Shown here one piece after another: positions 31,601 through 38,347 of a stretch of DNA of 64,000 bases. The translations under genes were made by a program, and so were the position numbers. The notes below the pieces were generated by a model that worked only from the letters and a program-made list of their open reading frames with translations, was not told the DNA's origin and did not search any database. The first letter of the stretch is position 1; every line of letters starts with the position of its first letter. The stretch is taken from IMG/VR virus record IMGVR_UViG_3300042350_002797, positions 300,555-364,554 of that record; one strand, written 5' to 3'.

Positions 31601-32183
31601 TAGAAGATAAAATAGCAAGTCCAGATTCCACAGTTAGATTAAATGTTGTACTACCAACCTGACCTGCACTGTCAGTAAATGTTACTACATAAGTTGTATT
31701 TGCAGTAGCGACTGTTGGAGTTCCGGATAAGGTTAGTTCTACACTATTAAATAAATTACTTGTACCATCAGTATTTTGAATAGTGATTACAGTTTTATTA
31801 GTAGCAGTTAAAGTTATCCCTGCCGGTAATGCTGGACTAACTGTAAAATTTAAAATCGGAGTTGTGCCAGGAGAACTTACACTTGTTCCACCTGTTGGTA
31901 TAATAGCAGCTCCTCCAACTGCCTTTACTACAGTTGTAGTAAATGAATTATTTCTAACTACTACATTATTATTTGATAAAGTATTGACAGTTATACTTGG
32001 TCTAGCTACAGGAGGTTTGATCCCCGTAGGTTGTGGCCAAACTAATTTTCCTGCACTTAGTCCTGTGCCAGCGGCAGCTCTAAATATTGCTCCGTTTTGA
32101 TTTATAAAGTAATCGCCTACAGCGTATGAAAAATTTGTACTAGCTGGAGTGCTTAATGGATAAGGATAATAAAAAATTGCCAT
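22611..32183 (-). CDS. Giant fibre (3190 aa): 12 putative-Ig repeats + long collagen-like G-X-Y region with inserted globular domains
   Basis: 12 LPxGL.F...TG.I.GTP repeats, then a very long run of G[FY]TGS units; YQCVFHSGM cupredoxin-like insert. Confidence 0.9.
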   Translation of the reverse strand: MAIFYYPYPLSTPASTNFSYAVGDYFINQNGAIFRAAAGTGLSAGKLVWPQPTGIKPPVARPSITVNTLSNNNVVVRNNSFTTTVVKAVGGAAIIPTGGTSVSSPGTTPILNFTVSPALPAGITLTATNKTVITIQNTDGTSNLFNSVELTLSGTPTVATANTTYVVTFTDSAGQVGSTTFNLTVESGLAILSSTQAIASRILTQFVAAATFTPVTGSGGVGALTYSISPTLPSGLQFNTTNGSISGTPSVTLTQTTFTVTVTDTADQTSSKTFSLTVNTPPAIVPATSTNIPTLTQGAIVTPFTPVTVSGGVSPLSYNISPNLPSGLSFNTSTGQITGTPTGVSGTTTYTVTITDSVGQTSSSTFTLTVNAAPITTTVSVSNFTATQNVAVTPFTPVTASGGFGTLAYAVSPSLPSGLTINSGTGQISGTSTVTLSQTIFTIIVSDQANQTSSKTFQLLVNAPSAIITTQSVATSSLVINTNITPFIPVTASGGYSNLTFGISPTLPVGLNFNTSTGQITGTPTALSGSTTYTVTATDTLNQTSSKTFTLSVINPPITTTVNVPTRTITQGAVMAAFTPVSGSGGVGALTYSISPSLPSGLTLNAASGQISGTPTSAISQTTFTITVSDTVNQTSSKTFTLTINAPPALNATVSTNASTFIRNVAITPFNPVVGSGGSGTLSYSISPSLPNGLSFITSTGQITGTPTVTSVQTTYTVTVSDSASQTASNTFIITIELPPAITTTLENANVTFTKLQAATAVAPVSAAGGYGSITFNISPSLPNGITFSSSNGRIGGTPSTTSSGNFTITATDSLGQTSSKTFSLTVVNPVLVAVQNISSRSIVQNILTTAFIPVTGSGGTGTYSYSISPSLPSGLSFNTSTGQISGTPTSIINTTTFTVTVTDTDNSTASNTFSLTVTSPPALVLTPNVSTVTLTQDVVVATYTPVAVSGGAGTRTFSISPNLPSGLTFNTITGTFSGTPSGANNLTTYTFTVSDQAGQTNSVTFSIEVLPPQILLTVNSATNIFTQYSQITSFVPISATEGSGTLTYSISPSLPTGLTFNTSTGSISGTPTSVLGLTTFTISVTDSLSQTEFDTFTLVVNEDPPTPITTISNVNPVILTRLEAAELIPVTATGGEGTLTYSISPSTLPPGLFFSSSTGSITGIPTEVFSTSTFTVTVTDIVPQSESRSFTLEIKQEIVEVGKGYTGSRGFTGSVGFVGSLGYTGSKGFTGSAGVGYTGSKGDPGTSVTILGSLNSISNLPASGNAGDSYLISGDLYVWTGSTWTNVGQIQGPDGYTGSQGNIGYTGSEGIGYTGSEGYTGSKGDLGFTGSRGFIGFTGSKGDLGFTGSIGFTGSVGFTGSQGTIGFTGSQGIGYTGSLGDTGYTGSQGFVGSQGDTGFVGSQGVQGFTGSRGFTGSQGDFGYTGSQGDIGYTGSQGFTGSQGVGYTGSQGIGFAGSRGFTGSQGDFGYTGSQGDIGYTGSIGYTGSQGDFGYTGSQGDTGYTGSVGFVGSQGDIGFVGSQGDIGYTGSVGYVGSQGDIGFVGSQGDIGYTGSIGYVGSQGIIGLTGSKGDFGYTGSLGYTGSQGDIGFVGSKGDIGYTGSTGYTGSTGFVGSRGDIGYTGSQGEQGYTGSKGSDGTSVIIIGSVNNANQLPSDYTGNIGDSYIVSNTGHLYIWTGTTWTDVGVIQGPIGYTGSQGVGFTGSTGYTGSQGIIGYTGSQGDIGYTGSIGFTGSIGFTGSQGTIGYTGSKGDLGFTGSVGFTGSQGIVGYTGSQGNIGFTGSRGFSGSKGDLGFTGSAGVGYTGSQGFVGSQGDIGYTGSRGVGFTGSVGFTGSQGNFGYTGSRGDLGFTGSVGYTGSQGDFGYTGSRGDLGFTGSVGYTGSQGFIGFTGSQGDFGYTGSKGFVGSQGDFGYTGSQGNTGYTGSRGFTGSQGATGFTGSQGDFGYTGSVGFTGSKGEGFTGSQGDQGFTGSIGFTGSQGVGFTGSRGSVGFTGSTGDRGYTGSIGFTGSRGDTGFVGSQGDQGYTGSIGYTGSSGFIGSQGITGFSGSRGLTGFTGSQGLRGQEGLEGPIGYTGSLGFTGSVGFKGDQGDQGDIGFTGSQGLQGDPGPQGDLGPQGDQGYTGSRGFVGSIGYTGSQGIPGEAAAIGYTGSIGFTGSQGDIGYTGSRGTDGLQGYTGSIGFTGSQGDIGFTGSQGTDGLQGYTGSIGFTGSQGDIGFTGSQGIPGEYAALGFTGSQGSSGSTGFTGSIGFTGSQGFTGSQGILGFAGSQGLQGDIGYTGSIGFTGSRGNQGDQGEIGPLGYTGSQGDQGDQGIQGDTGFTGSLGYTGSRGFTGSQGIPGEYAALGFTGSRGDAGFTGSTGFTGSIGYTGSQGDTGFVGSTGFTGSQGVTGFTGSQGIPGEYAALGFTGSQGDFGYTGSKGDTGEQGLRGFTGSQGIQGIQGPQGNLGYTGSRGFVGSQGIQGNTGFTGSIGVTGSRGFTGSQGIPGEAAAIGYTGSQGIIGYTGSTGQTGFTGSRGDTGFVGSRGDLGFTGSRGFTGSKGDQGDTGFVGSRGDLGFTGSRGFTGSKGDQGDTGYVGSRGQSGFTGSTGFTGSQGIPGEYAALGFTGSQGGQLFKFNNPGGAFVYTIDGYNENYPTITVFKGDLVYFNLQNITSSHPLAFRLSSGNTDTVPGMTNNNTTSGNHSTSTLISYRVPYDAPTQIVYQCVFHSGMIGIIKIDDRKGYTGSQGITGAQGEQGFRGFTGSKGDTGNQGDRGDQGFTGSRGFTGSQGLTGNQGLRGYSGSRGFTGSKGDQGLQGEIGFTGSQGDQGYTGSIGFTGSASTVIGYTGSLGFTGSQGAGFTGSQGITGFVGSRGDIGFTGSIGFTGSQGTGFTGSRGVVGFSGSKGDLGFTGSNGFAGSQGITGYTGSASTVIGYTGSRGTDGIIGVDGSQGYTGSSGFTGSQGDIGYTGSQGDIGFTGSQGDIGYTGSQGDIGFTGSAGTNGYTGSQGDIGFTGSQGDIGFTGSAGTNGYTGSQGDIGFTGSKGDTGLGFTIAKIYSSVSELTSDTSPAGIIAGQFAIIETANPDNLENSRLYLWTGTSYNFITDLSGATGLTGPQGIIGFTGSSGFVGSTGFTGSIGFVGSRGLVGFAGSAGFTGSQGTGFTGSQGDQGLRGYTGSSGTGGGTGGTFGNLDGGQPDSNYGGISSIDAGGVT
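22720..28575 (-). repeat. Collagen-like G[FY]TGSxG coding repeats
   Basis: Degenerate 9/18/27-nt periodic repeats (e.g. ccttgactaccagtaaa). Confidence 0.9.
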
Positions 32184-32185
32184 AG

Positions 32186-33364
32186 TTAACCTTGTGCTCT
32201 AACTGTTAAATCTAATAAAGAATTATATCCTAATCCTGTATCTACCATAATAAAAATACTCTCTGTACCATCGTCATAATAAAAGTCTCCAGGTATCAGA
32301 TCTTCAATAGTTAATCCGGCAGCAGCATCTGTATTTGTATACATCCTAGGAGCTTTAGTTGTTTGAATTGTTCCGTTAGGAAATACTAACCCTTCAGCTT
32401 TAATATATTGTAAGTTGCCTGAAGGAAGTGTAACTTTTAGAGCACCATCTATTGGATCAATACTAAGTACCGTGCCGCCAATATCTATAGAGTTACTTCC
32501 AACATAAATGGTTCCAAATCTATTTGTAGGGGATCCTAAATTTTGTAAACCATCAGTTGCCGGAATAATACTATATCCTGCATCTACAGTAATTGTATCT
32601 ATTCCATTACTGCTCATGCCGTCTACTATGCCAGCGCTACCTGTGTATCCAATATTGCCTTGGCTACCAGTATATCCTATGTCACCTTGACTACCAGTAA
32701 ATCCATTAGTTCCAGCACTGCCAGTAAATCCATTAGTTCCAGCACTACCTGTATATCCATTAGTTCCAGCACTACCAGTAAATCCATTAGTTCCAGCACT
32801 GCCAGTAAATCCATTAGTTCCAGCACTGCCAGTAAATCCATTAGTTCCAGCACTACCTGTAAATCCATTAGTTCCAGCACTGCCAGTAAATCCATTAGTT
32901 CCAGCACTGCCAGTAAATCCATTAGTTCCAGCACTACCTGTATATCCTGGAATTGTACTAGCAGATCCTGTGTATCCACTATTACCTTGACTACCAGTAA
33001 ACCCATTAGTTCCAGCACTACCTGTATATCCAAGACTACCTTGACTACCAGTAAATCCTCGTGGACCAGTTCCGTCGCCACCTGCAACAGAAAACCAATC
33101 AGGAGATGCTCCATCATCGTAATAAATGCTTAATTCATTATTATCAGGATTGTACCATATAGTGCCATTTGTTGGTTCAACTGGTTCTATGTTACTAATA
33201 GTAGTAACAGAATTACCTCCTATAGGATTTCCACCGGGTGTAGACCCGTCGCTGAGACGTAACTCTCCGGTTTCAATGTTGAAAAATAGATTACCTTCCT
33301 CACCAATAAATGATTCTATATCATTCTTGACAAGACCGGCTTTAATTTTACGGAAAAATGCCAC
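32186..33364 (-). CDS. Collagen-like fibre/structural protein
   Basis: GTG start; GELRLSDGSTPGG N-domain; GFTGSAGTN repeats. Confidence 0.8.
   Translation of the reverse strand: MAFFRKIKAGLVKNDIESFIGEEGNLFFNIETGELRLSDGSTPGGNPIGGNSVTTISNIEPVEPTNGTIWYNPDNNELSIYYDDGASPDWFSVAGGDGTGPRGFTGSQGSLGYTGSAGTNGFTGSQGNSGYTGSASTIPGYTGSAGTNGFTGSAGTNGFTGSAGTNGFTGSAGTNGFTGSAGTNGFTGSAGTNGFTGSAGTNGYTGSAGTNGFTGSAGTNGFTGSQGDIGYTGSQGNIGYTGSAGIVDGMSSNGIDTITVDAGYSIIPATDGLQNLGSPTNRFGTIYVGSNSIDIGGTVLSIDPIDGALKVTLPSGNLQYIKAEGLVFPNGTIQTTKAPRMYTNTDAAAGLTIEDLIPGDFYYDDGTESIFIMVDTGLGYNSLLDLTVRAQG
32703..32945 (-). repeat. 27-bp tandem repeat x9 (G[FY]TGSAGTN)
   Basis: Near-identical ccattagttccagcactgccagtaaat units. Confidence 0.9.
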
Positions 33365-33399
33365 ACTAAATTCCTTGATTTAGTGTATTTATTGGTTTA

Positions 33400-33657
33400 T
33401 TACTTTTGGAAGATTGGGTTATCAGGATCGTGTTCCTCTTCGTCTTGTGTTAGATCTTGAATAATAGGACTGACTTTCCCTTGTTCAGCTTTTTTCATTT
33501 CAATATCTTGTTGCAACGGAGGAACCATTACAGGATTATCTTTGAGCTCAGTTGGATCTTTGGCATCATCTGTACCGGGCATATCAATTTCTGGTTCTGC
33601 ATCACCATTTATTTTGATCGTTATTGGCACATTGATAGTGAATTCTCTAGCTCTCAT
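33400..33657 (-). CDS. Hypothetical late protein
   Basis: MRAREF start; GGAG RBS and TAAATA upstream. Confidence 0.7.
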   Translation of the reverse strand: MRAREFTINVPITIKINGDAEPEIDMPGTDDAKDPTELKDNPVMVPPLQQDIEMKKAEQGKVSPIIQDLTQDEEEHDPDNPIFQK

Positions 33658-33690
33658 TCAGATTCTCCGTGCTTTTATTTATCGTTACTG

Positions 33691-33719
33691 TTGACTTCAG
33701 GAATAAGAGATAATATACT
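33691..33719 (+). promoter_or_regulatory. Sigma70 promoter predicting a leaderless mRNA
   Basis: TTGACT-N17-TATACT; ATG starts 7 nt after the -10; no SD. Confidence 0.7.
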
Positions 33720-33725
33720 TTAGCT

Positions 33726-34025
33726 ATGAAATATAATCCAAAAGAACCTATTGAACAATGGGCTGAACGAGTTAGCTTGCATGAATATGGCGAAGCTGTA
33801 AAACAAATTGCTGCTGGCCAAGATGTTGATCAAGTAATGGAAGCAATGAGTGCTAGAATTGTTCAAAAATTAAAACACCCAATGCTTGTTCAAATCAAAG
33901 AATGGGGTAAATCTACGTATGATGCTACTTTATCTAAGACACGATATAAAAAGAATTACTTAGATAAGACTAAACCAGTTGCGGATCACATGAATGATGT
34001 AGATGATCCTAATTATACTATTTGA
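33726..34025 (+). CDS. Stand-alone glutamyl-tRNA reductase (HemA) dimerisation-domain-like protein
   Basis: AVKQIAAGQDVDQVMEAMSARIVQKLKHP resembles the HemA C-terminal AL..L..G.D...VL..LA..LTNKL.H.P; only + strand gene inside the late arm. Confidence 0.55.
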   Translation: MKYNPKEPIEQWAERVSLHEYGEAVKQIAAGQDVDQVMEAMSARIVQKLKHPMLVQIKEWGKSTYDATLSKTRYKKNYLDKTKPVADHMNDVDDPNYTI

Positions 34026-34243
34026 GCTAGACCGTATACAGCATACACTAGCATAGTTTTGGTATGCATGTCGTCTGCCTCCGAATCTAATACATCTGTT
34101 CTAACTAAATCTTCCAGTAATTCTTTATATTCATCTGGACTAATTTGTCCGCTACTATACTGAGCCTGCAATTCTAATGCCATTTGCGCTCGTTGCGCTA
34201 CCCAAGGTTTATCGCTTTGTGCTAATTGATATAAATCGCTCAT
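34013..34243 (-). CDS. Hypothetical protein
   Basis: ORF coupled to the upstream lipoprotein gene. Confidence 0.65.
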   Translation of the reverse strand: MSDLYQLAQSDKPWVAQRAQMALELQAQYSSGQISPDEYKELLEDLVRTDVLDSEADDMHTKTMLVYAVYGLAQIV

Positions 34244-34627
34244 TTAAAATCTCCCAATAACTGCTTTGGCTACCGTACCACTTTGTGTATCTAATATTTT
34301 CTTTTTCATATTACAGTAGGCTTCACTGCCTTGTTTAACCATACTACGATCATAAAAGTCATTTACAGTTTCATTCATCGGCTTCACTAGACGTAGTACA
34401 TCTCTAGTGTCTTTAACTTGACTATAAATGATTAACCAATCCATGTGTTTCTTAATTACGGCTACTTGAGGTGCATGTGGTTGTTTACAATCTAAATCTA
34501 AAACACTTTGTCTAATATCTATTACTGAACGACTTTGATTATCATCCCAGAAGCTAGGAATCTTATCTTTAATTGTACTACAGCCTACAAGTAATACAAC
34601 AAGTAAGCTGGCTGCTATTTTACGCAT
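34244..34627 (-). CDS. Putative lipoprotein
   Basis: MRKIAASLLVVLLVGC lipobox. Confidence 0.7.
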   Translation of the reverse strand: MRKIAASLLVVLLVGCSTIKDKIPSFWDDNQSRSVIDIRQSVLDLDCKQPHAPQVAVIKKHMDWLIIYSQVKDTRDVLRLVKPMNETVNDFYDRSMVKQGSEAYCNMKKKILDTQSGTVAKAVIGRF

Positions 34628-34682
34628 CAATGTTCTCCGTATGGAATAATAGGACGATCATCGTCTGGATTATCTGGGCCAA

Positions 34683-35117
34683 TCAGTTGCACCATGATTG
34701 TTTAGCTTCTCCATAATACTCTCGAGCAAACCCATTAGCGATTAATTGAGCACGTAAACTTTGACCATCTAGAATAATGTCGCCTAGCACACGGCCGCCG
34801 AACTTATCCCAACCGTAAAGTACTACAAATCGCTGTGTGCTTCGTGCTACTAACTGTGTTGTAAATTTTGTAGCCATAGCACCACGTTCTGCTTCACTTG
34901 GGCATTGCGCTCTGTGTCCTTTTTCAGGTGTATCTACACCGTATACACGAACTGCTAATTGAGGTTTGATTGGCGCTGGCAAATAAGGAGCAGCAATAAC
35001 AACTGTATCGCCATCTGTGACTTTTAAAATCTGTGCTTCGTAGGTAACGCCCTGTGGTTGCTTTTGAGCGAAGGCAAACAACGGCAATACTGCTAGTAAT
35101 AATAATAGTTTTTTCAT
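34683..35117 (-). CDS. Secreted thermonuclease (SNase) family protein
   Basis: Signal peptide; DGDT, VRVYGVDTPE, DKFGGRVLG, LIANGFA. Confidence 0.85.
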   Translation of the reverse strand: MKKLLLLLAVLPLFAFAQKQPQGVTYEAQILKVTDGDTVVIAAPYLPAPIKPQLAVRVYGVDTPEKGHRAQCPSEAERGAMATKFTTQLVARSTQRFVVLYGWDKFGGRVLGDIILDGQSLRAQLIANGFAREYYGEAKQSWCN

Positions 35118-35146
35118 AACTGAACACCTTAATAATGTACAGTTAT

Positions 35147-35554
35147 TTACTTAAACCATCCTATTTTTTCTCCGTTGTCTTTACGACGTTGCCATTCTTC
35201 TACACTGTTAGGAAAGCGCCATGCCCAAATAGCTACTAGAGCCATAGTGACAGCAGTATAGATTACGCCTTTAATAGGCACAGTGAACCACATAAACAGT
35301 AAACTACTGCTCATTACTGCTAACATGGCATACTTACCCTTTTGGGGGAATACTCGTTTTTCTCCCCAATTAGTAAGGAAAGGACCAAAACGTGGATGAT
35401 TGTATAACCACCGATGCATACGGTCGCTGCTCTTACTAAAACAATAAGCAGCACCTACTAAAAAGATACTGAATGGTATGCCAGGTGTTACTAGACCAAT
35501 ATAGGCCATTACCAAGCATAACCATCCAAGTACGAAAAAGAAAAGTTTTTTCAT
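35147..35554 (-). CDS. ybaN: YbaN/DUF454 inner-membrane protein
   Basis: IGLVTPGIP...F.KSS.R.H.WL..HP.FGP...W. Confidence 0.75.
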   Translation of the reverse strand: MKKLFFFVLGWLCLVMAYIGLVTPGIPFSIFLVGAAYCFSKSSDRMHRWLYNHPRFGPFLTNWGEKRVFPQKGKYAMLAVMSSSLLFMWFTVPIKGVIYTAVTMALVAIWAWRFPNSVEEWQRRKDNGEKIGWFK

Positions 35555-36063
35555 TGTAAGTATTCTAACCAAGCCGGATCTCTAACTTGAAAAGGAAGAG
35601 TTTTCCTTTTGTTTACAAGTTCGTAGTAACTAGGCTTGTAGGGCTTAATACGCGGCTTAGTTTTAGTACTATTACTTTTACGAGCGTTACATGGACCACA
35701 GGCTGTTACACTGTTGTCCCAAACACTTTTACCACCTAAACTGATAGGATGAACATGATCCAAGGTACAGTCTTTTTTGGTTAGAGTAACATTACAGTAT
35801 TGACACTTGTACAAGTCTCGTAGAAATACATTGCCCTTGCTAAATCTAACAGCAGCTTTTGGTTTCATGTAGTCTTTGAGCATGATAATACTAGGTACTT
35901 GTGTTTCCCAAGTAGCACTATGAACGATCCAATTTTCATGCCATGCTAATACATGGGCCTTATCCAGGACCATATATCTAATTGACTCTTGCCAATCGCA
36001 TACACTCAAAGGAATGATGCTAACCGGCGCTCCGTCAGCGTTAAGAACAAGTGTGTCTGCCAT
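35551..36063 (-). CDS. HNH endonuclease
   Basis: NVFLRDLYKCQYC...TLDHVHP...GG...WDNSVTACGPCNARK. Confidence 0.9.
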   Translation of the reverse strand: MADTLVLNADGAPVSIIPLSVCDWQESIRYMVLDKAHVLAWHENWIVHSATWETQVPSIIMLKDYMKPKAAVRFSKGNVFLRDLYKCQYCNVTLTKKDCTLDHVHPISLGGKSVWDNSVTACGPCNARKSNSTKTKPRIKPYKPSYYELVNKRKTLPFQVRDPAWLEYLQ

Positions 36064-36113
36064 TTTTTATTTGAAACGTTGAGTAAAACTACATTATATA
36101 GTCAAATGAATAA

Positions 36114-36662
36114 TTAAGCAAGTACCGTTTGGACGAATTCAAAGCTGGATCTTTCTACTGCGGCTGTCCATTGTTCAGTTGAATCTAAATCAAAAACCAA
36201 ATGTTTAGAAGCAGAAGATATCAACCAGCTTTTATCATGATTATAACCGTTTACACCTTGAATTTCAGAATGTAGTTGTGTTGGTGCCCATGCACATAAG
36301 CCTGCAAATATTCTCCAATGTTTTGGTTTATCGCCAATAGAAAATCGATACAACAAATCCGAAGAACTACTTAGACTAAAGCGATTATTAATTCTTAGTG
36401 TATTACCACATTCCCATTCTGAACTGTGTAATACTGTAAGAGCATTAACATTTACGGGACCGCCTACATAGATAGATCCTTCAACATCACTTTCTACTCC
36501 ATGTTGTTCTGAAAACTCTTTGATAGACATTTTACTAGTCTTGTTTAACACTAGACCTACACTGCCTCTATCATGATCTTCTGTTACAAATATTACTGTT
36601 CTTTGCCAAAAGTTTCCTCTAACATTAGGAGGTGCTATTAATAATTTTCCTGTAGTTGACAT
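36114..36662 (-). CDS. yqgE: YqgE/AlgH (DUF179) family protein
   Basis: GKLLIAPP, GSVGLVLNK, GGPV, GLCAWAPTQL..EI...SWL. Confidence 0.8.
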   Translation of the reverse strand: MSTTGKLLIAPPNVRGNFWQRTVIFVTEDHDRGSVGLVLNKTSKMSIKEFSEQHGVESDVEGSIYVGGPVNVNALTVLHSSEWECGNTLRINNRFSLSSSSDLLYRFSIGDKPKHWRIFAGLCAWAPTQLHSEIQGVNGYNHDKSWLISSASKHLVFDLDSTEQWTAAVERSSFEFVQTVLA

Positions 36663-38059
36663 TAGGCCACTGTTCCGAATACTGTTCCGCCAATCTTAGT
36701 TCCGCCAGATGCATACATTTTATCCAAGAACTTTCTGCCTGAGGCAGTTTTATATGCTGCCGGGTTAGCACTAGTAAAATTCAAGAATGACTTATCTGCA
36801 TTAGGTAAGTTAGTTAGTAAAGAATCAACTATCTTAGCTAATCTAGCCTTGCTTACTGGAGTTGTGAAGTTAGGATGTGGTCCAGTCCAGCCGCCACCTT
36901 TTATAGGATGTCCGGTTACGGGTTCAAATTGACCAGGTGCCCATACTACTCCGACTACAGTGCTTTTTCCGCCATATCTTTCTCTTGTTCTATTAAGAAT
37001 AACCGCAGCGATTTGTGCCATTTCTACAGAATTGGGACTAGATTCTGCACTAGTAGTTTGAATCAAATGTTTCCATTCATCATCATTCATGGTGCGACCT
37101 AGGAATGTTTCTGCAACCTTTCTAGCCTTGTCTACATTTTCCACTGAAGTTAAAGCAGGTATATCTAAATCTGCACCTTTCTCTGTATTCACACTTGTTG
37201 GAATTTTAACTTTAGCTACTTGTCCAGCATTAATTTTACTCAGCATGTCAAATGATTCTTTTCCAAAAGCTGATCCATTACCTTTTAAGTCATAATCTTT
37301 CTTAAAGGCTGCAACTGCTGCCGCTGTAAAAGGTCCATACTTACCATCAACTCCTGTTCTTCCTACACTATATCCTAAATCTTGTAAAGATTGTTGCATG
37401 GTCGTTACTTCATCTTTTTGACTAGAAGGATATGGAGGACCTTGCTCTAATTCTGCCGAAGTAGCAATACGATCTTTAACGCTAGGTGCTCCAGGTTTTT
37501 GATCAGGTGTACCTAATTTAGTTTTGTTGCTAAGTGTATGTTCTGAAGCTATTCGATTGGCAATGCCTCCATAAACGCCCATGGGTTGATGAAGACCATC
37601 GCCACCTTTGACTGTGCCTAAATCATATGTAGGAACATTAATACCGGCGTTTAATGCTTTTCTTAATTCATCTCTTTTATCTTTCTTTTTAAGATCAGTG
37701 GTAGCTGTAGGCAACAAGTAAACAACTTCTAATCCTCTTTCTTTAGCATCGCCAATAATTTTATTAACTTGACTAACAATTTGTGGAATGGGTTTAGATC
37801 CTAAATCATTGGCTCCTAAGCTTATAGCCACAACACTACCTGAAGGAATCTTAGCGATAGCTGCTGGATGCATAGGATCAAATGCGCTAGCACCGTCCAT
37901 GCCTAACGCTTTCCAAGTTTTGCCTCTTCCATAATTACCTACACCATTACTATGACTATCTCCCACAGTAAAATAACCTGGCTCATTAAATTGTGCCACA
38001 GAGGCCTGAGCGCCTTTTTGTGCTTCTGTAATTAGATTTTTAAATTCATTAAATCTCAT
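36662..38059 (-). CDS. SGNH-like + peptidoglycan-binding + cell-wall hydrolase (SleB-like) protein
   Basis: GDS...SLGAND...DGLH; MQQSLQDLGY...DGKYGPFTAAAVAAFK; AES...VILNR...VVWAPGQFEP. Confidence 0.75.
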   Translation of the reverse strand: MRFNEFKNLITEAQKGAQASVAQFNEPGYFTVGDSHSNGVGNYGRGKTWKALGMDGASAFDPMHPAAIAKIPSGSVVAISLGANDLGSKPIPQIVSQVNKIIGDAKERGLEVVYLLPTATTDLKKKDKRDELRKALNAGINVPTYDLGTVKGGDGLHQPMGVYGGIANRIASEHTLSNKTKLGTPDQKPGAPSVKDRIATSAELEQGPPYPSSQKDEVTTMQQSLQDLGYSVGRTGVDGKYGPFTAAAVAAFKKDYDLKGNGSAFGKESFDMLSKINAGQVAKVKIPTSVNTEKGADLDIPALTSVENVDKARKVAETFLGRTMNDDEWKHLIQTTSAESSPNSVEMAQIAAVILNRTRERYGGKSTVVGVVWAPGQFEPVTGHPIKGGGWTGPHPNFTTPVSKARLAKIVDSLLTNLPNADKSFLNFTSANPAAYKTASGRKFLDKMYASGGTKIGGTVFGTVA

Positions 38060-38331
38060 TGACCTTTCCTTGTTCCGTAATCAGGTAAAGGACCTCCATA
38101 TTTTTTACCTTTTATCTTTTTGCCACCAACAGAAATTCTTACTTTGCTGCCGCCGTGACCAACTAAATGACTTTTTCCACCTTCTCTAGCACGTAACCCT
38201 TGACTCTTACAGCTAGCAAGATTGCTGGCACCTAAATCTTGATTAGGTGTAGTACTTAAACAGAGTTTTCTACTAGCACGTTCGTCTAGATCAGAAAGCT
38301 CTTCTTGATTAATAAACTCATTAGTTTTCAT
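38056..38331 (-). CDS. Basic small late protein
   Basis: MKTNEF start; TAAATA 7 nt upstream. Confidence 0.65.
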   Translation of the reverse strand: MKTNEFINQEELSDLDERASRKLCLSTTPNQDLGASNLASCKSQGLRAREGGKSHLVGHGGSKVRISVGGKKIKGKKYGGPLPDYGTRKGQ

Positions 38332-38347
38332 AGTACAGTATTTAACC

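Noticed and set aside
18745-33133. Overlapping alternative-frame and antisense ORFs within the collagen/Ig genes (e.g. 18745..19326, 23148..23549, 32660..33133)
   Set aside because: These are shadows of periodic repeats with no RBS and low-complexity translations.
35551-36063. HNH as an intron-encoded homing endonuclease
   Set aside because: Neighbouring genes are intact and no intron-like flanks are visible; it appears free-standing.
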